DNA of 33,260 nt from a virus (Duplodnaviria > Caudoviricetes), in the IMG/VR virus record IMGVR_UViG_3300020388_000038, positions 1 to 33,260 of that record. One strand, 5' to 3'. Each line of letters opens with the position of its first letter. The first letter of the stretch is position 1. The notes under the pieces are model-generated. The model did no database searches. It was not told the DNA's origin and saw only the letters and a program-made list of their open reading frames with translations. A program made the position numbers and the translations under genes. This document shows positions 25,206 to 33,260 of this stretch, in pieces.

Positions 25206-25357
25206 GTAAAGAAAGAGAAGAGGCTTTACGCCAATTGAAAAAATCTGAAGAGGCAGCGAGTGATACGTTTGACTCTTGGATAGTAGATTTAGAAGAGGCA
25301 GAGCAGCCAGAAACATGCAGTATTGATGATGAAGACTGCGAAGCTTGTGGATCGTAA
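25202..25357 (+). CDS. Small acidic protein ending CSIDDEDCEACGS (51 aa)
   Basis: Below cutoff; ATGA overlap upstream and ends 2 nt before the phoH ATG. Confidence 0.75.
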   Translation: MSKEREEALRQLKKSEEAASDTFDSWIVDLEEAEQPETCSIDDEDCEACGS

Positions 25358-25359
25358 CT

Positions 25360-26016
25360 ATGGATAATAAATCTAAAAAGCCACCAAAGGGTAACGTAAA
25401 GTTTAACATAACTTTATCAGAGGAGCAAAAAAGAGCAAAGGAGAATATATTAAACCACGCCTTTAGTTTTCTAGTAGGTAAAGCAGGCTCAGGTAAGACT
25501 CTTTTAGCTGTTCAGGTGGCTTTAGATTTGTTTTTCAAGCGTCAGTATAATAAGATTATTATAACACGCCCTACAGTCGCTACAGAGGATAACGGGTTTC
25601 TTCCTGGTGATGAGAAAGAAAAACTAGAGCCTTGGCTTGTACCTATTATGTCTAACATGCGTAAGGTGTATAATAAGCCTGAGAAGATACAGAAAATGGT
25701 AGAGGATGGGGATATTGAGCTTGTCTCTTTAGCCCACTTCAGAGGTAGAACATTCGATAATGCTGTAGTTATAGTGGATGAGTTTCAGAACTTAACTAAG
25801 CCTCAGTTACGTATGGCATTAGGTAGGTTAGGTAAAGACTCTATTATGATATTCTGTGGGGATAATCAGCAGATAGATTTAGGATCAGCGTTGAACTCTG
25901 CTATAGATGATGTTCATAAGATAAAGGATAGCGAGCATGTGTACAAAGTTATCTTAGAGGATAATCATAGACACAAAGCTATTGATGATGTACTTAAATT
26001 ATTAACTGGATATTAA
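25360..26016 (+). CDS. phoH: PhoH family ATPase
   Basis: GKAGSGKT, IIITRP, GFLPGD..EK..PW, FRGRTF..A.VIVDEFQN, GRLG, GDNQQID, HRH. Confidence 0.95.
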   Translation: MDNKSKKPPKGNVKFNITLSEEQKRAKENILNHAFSFLVGKAGSGKTLLAVQVALDLFFKRQYNKIIITRPTVATEDNGFLPGDEKEKLEPWLVPIMSNMRKVYNKPEKIQKMVEDGDIELVSLAHFRGRTFDNAVVIVDEFQNLTKPQLRMALGRLGKDSIMIFCGDNQQIDLGSALNSAIDDVHKIKDSEHVYKVILEDNHRHKAIDDVLKLLTGY

Positions 26017-26020
26017 AGAT

Positions 26021-26257
26021 ATGAAAAGCAGAAAAGATGGTACAAGTCCGTACTACACAAACAAATCAGTTAAAGCAAAGATAGATAAACTTCTTAATGA
26101 GAACTCCATTATATGGTCTAATATGGGCACTGGTACTTCGTTAGACTTAAAAACAAGAGAAGAAGGAGAAAAGAAATGGGGGCAGTTAGCTCTTAAGATA
26201 AAGGAGCTAGATGAAACATACTTTAATGTTATATGCCCATACGGTATAGACTCTTAA
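26021..26257 (+). CDS. Hypothetical protein
   Basis: Packed ORF. Confidence 0.65.
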   Translation: MKSRKDGTSPYYTNKSVKAKIDKLLNENSIIWSNMGTGTSLDLKTREEGEKKWGQLALKIKELDETYFNVICPYGIDS

Positions 26258-26268
26258 TAGGAATAGTT

Positions 26269-26436
26269 ATGAAATATAAAATATCAAAGAAAAAAGCTGA
26301 AGAGATACTGTTAATTATGTGGGAGAACTTTGAAATTCCCTCTAACTTTACAGAAGATCACAGCGAACATGATCAAGCTGTTATATACACAAGGGTTCAT
26401 GGCTATTTCGATTACGATGATTTTTGGGATATATAA
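26269..26436 (+). CDS. Hypothetical protein
   Basis: Non-overlapping ATG 26269 preferred. Confidence 0.55.
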   Translation: MKYKISKKKAEEILLIMWENFEIPSNFTEDHSEHDQAVIYTRVHGYFDYDDFWDI

Positions 26437-26445
26437 AGGTAACCC

Positions 26446-26577
26446 TTAATCCCATATAATATATATGCAAAAAGGTCCAGCAAATAGCTGGACTTCGTTG
26501 TATGGCACCTCTTCAGTTGCCTCAAAGTTTCTTATACCTAACAACAATCCCTTAATTAGTCCTACTCCTACTTCCAT
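26446..26577 (-). CDS. Small hypothetical protein (43 aa)
   Basis: MEVGVGLIKGLLLGIRNFE...; upstream part of the listed ORF is a terminator hairpin. Confidence 0.5.
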   Translation of the reverse strand: MEVGVGLIKGLLLGIRNFEATEEVPYNEVQLFAGPFCIYIIWD

Positions 26578-26584
26578 ATAGTTC

Positions 26585-26612
26585 AAAAAAAAGGGAGGGA
26601 ACCACCCCTCCC
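26585..26612 (-). terminator. Rho-independent terminator after the giant gene
   Basis: Minus strand GGGAGGGG-TGGT-TCCCTCCC followed by T8. Confidence 0.75.
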
Positions 26613-26700
26613 ACAAATTAACCAAAACGCTAAAAAACAAGAAGTCTTAAAACATTATAAAGGTAATATATTAATATTAGAATATATGTTGTTTTTGTTT

Positions 26701-29700
26701 TTATTTAGCATCAACACTTAAAACATCCTGCTTGTAGTTCTTAAGCATTCTATTATAAGCTAAGTCTATAACAACATCACTTATACCCATACCCTTAAGT
26801 ATAGCTTTAGTATCTCTACCTGCGACCTTATTAAGTCTACACCCAGCCATAAGATCAGCTATAATATTTAAGTCGTTATCTAAGTCAGGATTATTCTTCA
26901 TCTCGTTAAGTAATAAAGTTTTATCTCTTATAATACTATCAGAAGATCGACTTCTCATGTCATTATAAGCATTCCTAGCATTTATAGATAGGGTTTTATT
27001 AAGGTTTGTTCTAGATATTCTTAACCCAAATAAAGCTAATGTTTCGTAGGTAGGAACTCTTTCTGAGTCTTGCTCAAAAGACTCTTTAATTCTTATAAAG
27101 TTTCTACCTACACCTGGCATAGCAACCCTCTTACCTACGTACTCAATCATTTTAAGTGTCGCTGTAGCAGCATCATCTGTTCTGCTGTATATTCTATCAC
27201 CCTTATTTTCATAAGCCTCTAAGAATGTAGCTAATGTCATCTCCTCACCTAAGAAAGGTTCATACATCTTCTTCACTATGCTGTAAGCAGATTCCTTACC
27301 TACCTCAGTATCTATATCTGTAAAGCTTAGTCTTAGAATATCTCTTATGTGACCTACACCAGATATGCTAGAGAAGTTTATATAGTCGAAGTACTTATCG
27401 TTCTCCATTTGATTTTCGTTAGTCTTACTATCTAAGACACCGCTATCAACGTATGCTAAACTACCATCTCTATCCCATTGAGCCACCATAGTTCTAAGTC
27501 TTCTCTCTTCAGACTCTTCTTCATCTCCACCAGCTAAACCTAAGGCTTGAGATAAAAACTGCATAGTGTATAATTGAAGTCCTTCTAAAAGAGTCATAGT
27601 AGCTATAGTACCAGCTATTCTTGTAGTACCAATCCTTTTAATCTTAGGGTTACTACTTCCCATCTCTTCAAATCCTAGCTTAACAGCATTCTTAGCGTTA
27701 CGGAATGATTCAGCCTGGAATGCAACGAATGAACCTACTAAAGGAGACCTACCTATATATCTTATTATTCTAGGTATCTCGTTGTAGTTAGGGTATAGGT
27801 TGATTATATTCCTAGCAGCCATATCATCAGCTTCCTTCTCTGAAAGACCAGCCTCAATATACCTAGCCTTCTCAGATAAGAAACCATAGAACTTCCATAC
27901 ATCATCCTCTGCTTGGTAAGCTCTAGTAAACTTATCATCCAAGTACTTTAATGGTTTACCTACATACCTTACAGACTTAGACATTAATTTTTGAATCTTA
28001 CCATTTTTCTCGTCTAAGTATTTAGATAGGTCATAGTCAGTATCTCCTAAGTCTTTAGATATATTTCTAATCTCTTCTAAAGAAGCAGAAGAACTAAGAA
28101 CTCCTTTTTCTATAAGGTTTTTTCTTATAGCATTTAACTCAGCATCACTAGAACTTGCAACTGCTTTTAAAGAGGCTTTAGCATCTTGATACATACCACC
28201 TCTAAAACCTATATGACCATTCATAGTAGCGAATGCTGTGTTACCTATAATGTTCTTAAAGTGAGTACCAATATTCCACACAGTCTTTGTCTTCTTATTT
28301 AGAAGTACAAGCTCCATATATTTATCAAAAATCCAGTTAAATGTTCCTGTACCTTTCTCAGGTGCTATTTGGTTCATCACAGCGAACATCTCGTTATCTA
28401 CAAACTTACCTTCTATGCTACCCCACTTAGCTCCTACAAGTTCGTTAAATGTATCTAGAGTCTTAGTGTCAGAGATAAACTTACCATTACCTATCTCATA
28501 AAGCTCTTTATACATTCTCTCAGCAGTTATAGTCTGAGCCATCTTCTTAATTGTGTTGTTGTAATTAAATATAGGGTCATCAATCTCACCCCAGAAATCC
28601 TTAATCTCTTGAGGTATTTCTTTTCTTTGTTTGAAGATGGAAGTTAATCTACTAAGCCCATCTAAAGAGCCACCGTTCTTAACGTTATAAGCAAATTCTT
28701 TATCACTGTTTAGTTCTTCGTAGCTAACATCAACTATTTGATTTAACCTTTCTTCTGTAGCATCAGGGTTATCTTTCTTAGCTTCTCTGCGTAAGAACTC
28801 TTTAAGCTTCTTTATGATAAGATTATCTGTTTGCTCCCACCCTTTAACCTCAAAGTTTTTATAGGCTTGAGTTACATATAATCCTAGGTTACTATCAACT
28901 GTGAACATAGTCTGACCTGCTATAAGATCTTCAGCAATAAGAGTCTTACTTAGATCGTCAATACTCATACGCATCTCAATAAGAGTATTCTTAATATCAG
29001 AATCCTCTAAGGCTTTTATTTTATTGTGGTCGTGAAGGAAGTCATTAAGCTCTTGCTCAGTGTAGTTATACTTCTCGTTTAGTTCCTTAAGTCTTTTACC
29101 CACCTCATTAGCCTCTATGATTGCAGAGTTTAAAGCACCTCTACTCCTAACCATTATCTCCTTCACTTCTTTATCAGAGTGAGTACCAAAAGGTTTAGCC
29201 AGTAAAGTTGTTAACTTAATATCGTAACGCTTTCTTTTCTTAGGTCTAAAAGAGTCTTGATCTATAAACCCAGTAAGGTAAGTACCTGACATGTAGTTAA
29301 GATCCTGCATAGCCTTAGATATATCCCAACCTATAGATACTAAACCATCAGTGTATACGTTAGACTCTCCTTCCTCTTGAGGGACTTGAAACCTAAGTGG
29401 TCCAACCTTATCAGTGGCAGCCTTAAGTTCTGGGGTTAGGTTTATTACTGCGTTTTTATTAGATATATTTAACTTCTCTCCTCTTTCTTTTTCAGACAAC
29501 TCTAGGTAATCCTCATAAGACTGAGTAACATCAGTTTTTGTAAAGTCACCAATGAACTCTGACACCCCATACTTCATACCCTTAACCAACCTCTTAAGTT
29601 CGTTATTGATATTTTTAGGGACTATCTTATTGTAGAACTCGTGAGTTAAACCTTTATTCTCTCCAGTATGTGATTGAACTATATCAGACTGCTCTCCATT

Positions 29701-32700
29701 AACAAAAGCTATCTGATCGTACCCCTCTTTAGAGGCTTGATTGATTAACTTTCTAATAGTTAAACCAACCCATAGGTCTGTTTGATTCCAAGGGAGGTAT
29801 GGTCTACCTTTTTTATCTATCTCAAGGAAAGTTATTTTTGCTTTAAGATCTTCAATATAATCCTTTTCTCTCATCATCTTTTCACTACTGAATGGAGAAT
29901 CAGTATCTTCTATCATCTTTTCAAGTCTTTCTTCAGAAGCCTCTAACTCTTTATTTAAAGAATTTATTTGTAAGTCTGCAGAAGCAATTTTTTCTTTAGT
30001 TACAAAGTTACCTTTATTAACACCTTGAACCCAATCAGACTGTATCTCTTGAACGAAGAGGATCTTCTCCCCGTTAGGACCAACTCTATCATCAACCCTA
30101 GCAGAAGCTATTAAGTTTTTACCTTCGCCAATACCATCGTAGTGAGGAGCAGTAAATATCTCCTCAGGAGACTTATCCTTAATAAGAAACTCTCTGTAGT
30201 TTTCACCCCCAGGGAGGGTAAAAGCACTGTACTGAGCTTCTGGAAACATATCGTTTTCTATTAAAACTTTATTTACGAGCATTTGAGTACTAAGGTCAGA
30301 CAATTCCTCAACCTCAATTGAAGATTTTTTACCAGTATCGAATATCTGTCCGTCAGGAGTCTCAACACTATAATTCTCTCCATCATAACCTATATAGTAA
30401 TCATCGTAATTAATTACAGCTTCTTTCCCAAAAATCTTAGTCTCTATATCAGCCATGTTTGTAGCTATCAACTGAGCTACAACCTCCTTAGATATACTCT
30501 TAACCTTAGCATCTTTTTTGTAAGCTTTAAGAATGTCTAATAACCCCATGGTGTCAACATCCTTTGAAGCACCTTTAAGTCCTTTACCTATCTCTTTAAC
30601 CCATTGCTCTGGTTGTCTATTGTTATCAGACAACATAGCTAAGGATACTAAAGAGTTAGGTGTATACTCCATTTCGTATGTAGGAGCTTGGAATCTAAGG
30701 TTTTTAGGATTTACAATATTGTCAGGAAGTATGCCCATCTTTTGATCAGCAAAAGGTCTCTCAGATAAAGGAGTGTAGTCATTATCACCCCTTTTTGGTA
30801 TACTACCATCTTCCCTACGCAAGTTTTTGTTGAAGTTAACCCAAGAGTTTTGACCTCTAGTCTCAGTAGTCATTGCTTTTCTAGCTTCAGGGCTATACAT
30901 TCTAGAATGGTTAAGCCAAGCGTTTTCTTCACCGATAGGACCAAACCCATTACCAAGTTCTGTATGACCAAAGAAATCGTGAACAAACCTAAACAAGTCA
31001 TTCACAAGTAAAGTCTTTCCATTAACATCTTTATACTGAGTCTTAGCAAGCATAGCATTTTCAGATCTCTTCTCAGGGGTTATTTCTCCCTCACCAAAAC
31101 CTGCTTCAGTACCGAATATATACATGTGCTTGTTGTCTCTAACATCAGAAATCATCTCAGCACTATTTTTATAAGGCTCTCCTTTTCCATCCCAAATCTC
31201 AACATCATATCCTTTGTTTAAGATAGCCTCATGCTGTAAAATAGTTTCGTTAGCTAGGGCTTGATAAGCAGACTTTACCTCAGCATTTTTAGGATCTTCA
31301 ATTAAGTTGTCGTATGCGTCTGCAATCATTTTAGAATTATTTTCATCTAAACGATTAACAAATCTTACGTCAGAGTACTGATCTACCCCAAGCTCTGTTG
31401 CTTTATCCAAAAGATAAGACTTAGATATATCTGCAGTTTCTGGGTTAGGTTCGTTAAATAATGTAGGAGCCTGCATTCTAATCTTCTCAGATATTTTTAG
31501 AGGAGTAGTAGATACCCCAGCTGTAGGAGGCATTATCTGACTTCTTCTTGAGCTTATTTTACCAGACTTAATACTTCTGCCTGTATTCTCTCCAATAACA
31601 GTATTAGTCATTGGGTCTTCAGCTACATCATACCAAAACTCTCTGTTATCTAACCTATGTATCTTAGCTCTATTACCTGACTCAGAAACTATAGCAGTAC
31701 CATAGCTTTCATACTCATCAGTCTTAATAGCTTTTACAGGACCGTCAATCTCTAGTACAGCATACACTTTATCAGTTACTTCTTCACCTCTCAATTCTGG
31801 CTCTGTAAGTACATTGATTAAAGCTTTCTTCATGCTGGTTACATTAGGTTCTCCTTTCTTATTAAGCTTTACTAAACTCTCATCACCCATAGTGGTTTTA
31901 ATGAAGTTTACAAAGTTAGTCTTACTCGATCCAGACTCAAGAGATTGTTTAGCGAGTGTAAGGAATTTATCGGTAAAGAACTTTCTATCCTTAAAAGAAG
32001 TCTTTTTATTATCTAACTTATCCCAAACTTTCTCAAGTACATCACCCTCAAACTTAGAGCTAGCTCTATAAGGCTTTAACCCTAATTTTAAACCATCACC
32101 TAATGGGCTAGTTTGATTAGCAGCATCTATCAAAGCTTTATATAAGGTAGGTTTACTTAAACCTATTTTAGATATAAAATTAGGGGATGTAAATAAGTTT
32201 ACTACACCTCTAGACATAGCTGTATTAGAAAGCAACTTACCTTCTCTAGCTGTAGTTAGACCCATATATATTTTACCACCATTAGCCTCCAACATAGAAT
32301 TTAGTTGTTTAGCCATTGAGTTTGCAGCGTTGTCTGTAGATGCCCAAAAGTATCCCCCTTCGCTATGTTTAAAGGTATAATAAATTCCACCTTTACCCTC
32401 AACTAGTATTGTACCATCCTTGTCAATTATAGAACCTGAGAACGTAGCGTCAGGAGAATGTATCATCATTGTCTTACCTGCGAAGTCTTGTATAGTCATA
32501 CCACTAGTGATAAGACCATCAGCCTCCATATCAGCAAACTCTTTAGAATTTACATCGTAAGTGTATTGCACCTGAGTTCTTCTATCAATAGCATCTAGTT
32601 GGAATCTAGACTCAGCGTCAGTTTCTCCAACCTCAAACTCTACCCCTCCAACGTTAACCTTTCTACCATCAACCAAAGCCTCAGCTAGGTTTGTTCTTAT

Positions 32701-33258
32701 ATCAGATAAAGACATATCGTCAAGGTCTATAGCCTCAACATTCTCAGGTAACGATGTTACACCAAGTTTAGTTAGGATAGCCTTTATAACCTCTCTAAGT
32801 CTATTAAGTCTAGTTCCTTTATTCTTGAAGTGACCATAAGCAGCATCACCCATCATCTCAGCAAAAGCCTCCTCTATTTGTTCCTCCCTAGAAAGACTAG
32901 CGTAAGCTGGATTATTCTGTGCCCACTCAAGGTAAGAGCCTTTTATCTTACGACCACCCTTTGTAGTTCTTCTTTTAACTTTACCCTCAGCCACCTCAGC
33001 CTCTATTCTTTTGTATAGAGCTGGGTCAGTCTTCTTAATAAAGTCAACCATTGGGTGAATAATCTCGTGGAATAAAGTATTACCTCGAACAGTTTCAAGG
33101 TTTACGTATATAGTTTTATCAAGGAAGAAAGAACCTCCTCTTCTTTCAGAGGCATATTTGTTAGCTTCAACTTCAGCTTTTTCTTCTGACATTCCATCTT
33201 TAATATATCTATTCTTTTGAATAGATTTTATTTGACTCTGCATAGCCTCACTGTTACG
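26701..33258 (-). CDS. Giant multidomain polyvalent/internal virion protein, N-terminus beyond the window
   Basis: Frame stays open upstream of Met 33243 (..RNSEAM); zincin motif FHEIIH...EEAFAE, HDFFGH..GEENAW module, LPGGENYRE...EIQSDW module, long helical C-terminus. Confidence 0.85.
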   Translation of the reverse strand, partial: RNSEAMQSQIKSIQKNRYIKDGMSEEKAEVEANKYASERRGGSFFLDKTIYVNLETVRGNTLFHEIIHPMVDFIKKTDPALYKRIEAEVAEGKVKRRTTKGGRKIKGSYLEWAQNNPAYASLSREEQIEEAFAEMMGDAAYGHFKNKGTRLNRLREVIKAILTKLGVTSLPENVEAIDLDDMSLSDIRTNLAEALVDGRKVNVGGVEFEVGETDAESRFQLDAIDRRTQVQYTYDVNSKEFADMEADGLITSGMTIQDFAGKTMMIHSPDATFSGSIIDKDGTILVEGKGGIYYTFKHSEGGYFWASTDNAANSMAKQLNSMLEANGGKIYMGLTTAREGKLLSNTAMSRGVVNLFTSPNFISKIGLSKPTLYKALIDAANQTSPLGDGLKLGLKPYRASSKFEGDVLEKVWDKLDNKKTSFKDRKFFTDKFLTLAKQSLESGSSKTNFVNFIKTTMGDESLVKLNKKGEPNVTSMKKALINVLTEPELRGEEVTDKVYAVLEIDGPVKAIKTDEYESYGTAIVSESGNRAKIHRLDNREFWYDVAEDPMTNTVIGENTGRSIKSGKISSRRSQIMPPTAGVSTTPLKISEKIRMQAPTLFNEPNPETADISKSYLLDKATELGVDQYSDVRFVNRLDENNSKMIADAYDNLIEDPKNAEVKSAYQALANETILQHEAILNKGYDVEIWDGKGEPYKNSAEMISDVRDNKHMYIFGTEAGFGEGEITPEKRSENAMLAKTQYKDVNGKTLLVNDLFRFVHDFFGHTELGNGFGPIGEENAWLNHSRMYSPEARKAMTTETRGQNSWVNFNKNLRREDGSIPKRGDNDYTPLSERPFADQKMGILPDNIVNPKNLRFQAPTYEMEYTPNSLVSLAMLSDNNRQPEQWVKEIGKGLKGASKDVDTMGLLDILKAYKKDAKVKSISKEVVAQLIATNMADIETKIFGKEAVINYDDYYIGYDGENYSVETPDGQIFDTGKKSSIEVEELSDLSTQMLVNKVLIENDMFPEAQYSAFTLPGGENYREFLIKDKSPEEIFTAPHYDGIGEGKNLIASARVDDRVGPNGEKILFVQEIQSDWVQGVNKGNFVTKEKIASADLQINSLNKELEASEERLEKMIEDTDSPFSSEKMMREKDYIEDLKAKITFLEIDKKGRPYLPWNQTDLWVGLTIRKLINQASKEGYDQIAFVNGEQSDIVQSHTGENKGLTHEFYNKIVPKNINNELKRLVKGMKYGVSEFIGDFTKTDVTQSYEDYLELSEKERGEKLNISNKNAVINLTPELKAATDKVGPLRFQVPQEEGESNVYTDGLVSIGWDISKAMQDLNYMSGTYLTGFIDQDSFRPKKRKRYDIKLTTLLAKPFGTHSDKEVKEIMVRSRGALNSAIIEANEVGKRLKELNEKYNYTEQELNDFLHDHNKIKALEDSDIKNTLIEMRMSIDDLSKTLIAEDLIAGQTMFTVDSNLGLYVTQAYKNFEVKGWEQTDNLIIKKLKEFLRREAKKDNPDATEERLNQIVDVSYEELNSDKEFAYNVKNGGSLDGLSRLTSIFKQRKEIPQEIKDFWGEIDDPIFNYNNTIKKMAQTITAERMYKELYEIGNGKFISDTKTLDTFNELVGAKWGSIEGKFVDNEMFAVMNQIAPEKGTGTFNWIFDKYMELVLLNKKTKTVWNIGTHFKNIIGNTAFATMNGHIGFRGGMYQDAKASLKAVASSSDAELNAIRKNLIEKGVLSSSASLEEIRNISKDLGDTDYDLSKYLDEKNGKIQKLMSKSVRYVGKPLKYLDDKFTRAYQAEDDVWKFYGFLSEKARYIEAGLSEKEADDMAARNIINLYPNYNEIPRIIRYIGRSPLVGSFVAFQAESFRNAKNAVKLGFEEMGSSNPKIKRIGTTRIAGTIATMTLLEGLQLYTMQFLSQALGLAGGDEEESEERRLRTMVAQWDRDGSLAYVDSGVLDSKTNENQMENDKYFDYINFSSISGVGHIRDILRLSFTDIDTEVGKESAYSIVKKMYEPFLGEEMTLATFLEAYENKGDRIYSRTDDAATATLKMIEYVGKRVAMPGVGRNFIRIKESFEQDSERVPTYETLALFGLRISRTNLNKTLSINARNAYNDMRSRSSDSIIRDKTLLLNEMKNNPDLDNDLNIIADLMAGCRLNKVAGRDTKAILKGMGISDVVIDLAYNRMLKNYKQDVLSVDAK

Positions 33259-33260
33259 TA

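Noticed and set aside
25360-26016. phoH as a novel auxiliary metabolic gene
   Set aside because: phoH is widespread in aquatic phages.
1388-33018. Antisense or alternate-frame ORFs (1388, 1392, 2415, 5492, 7366, 7762, 8047, 14387, 15599, 16408, 18546, 19814, 23754, 24236, 25164, 30533, 31814, 32830)
   Set aside because: Overlap better-supported genes; Phe/Leu/Ser-rich composition is the expected mirror of Lys/Glu-rich sense genes.

Overview
AT-rich dsDNA bacteriophage segment, most likely a tailed phage of a Bacteroidota (Flavobacteriia-like) host. The host inference rests on TAnnTTTG-type -7 promoter elements and A-rich starts without Shine-Dalgarno motifs. Layout: (i) 1-7010 (-) tail/virion genes, a lysis cassette (holin, M15A peptidase) and small Lys-rich genes; (ii) 7110-10081 (+) wHTH gene, Lys-rich protein and virion-like proteins; (iii) 10075-10615 (-) HNH gene and a small ORF; (iv) about 10620-11780 non-coding divergence zone with a possible genome-end signal, a palindromic operator array, a promoter, a boxB/boxA-like leader and a densely base-paired candidate large ncRNA of about 600 nt; (v) 11782-17782 (+) short early genes joined by repeated start cassettes; (vi) 17873-26436 (+) ERF, RecE-like nuclease, HTH, SSB-like, initiator-like, DnaB, DUF1599-like, endonuclease I-like and PhoH genes; (vii) 26701-end (-) a >2180-aa polyvalent protein with a HExxH protease motif and R-[FM]-Q-delimited modules. 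The best candidate for a new system is the operator-controlled, possibly antiterminated large structured RNA heading the early operon. All family assignments are from motif recognition by eye; no searches were run.
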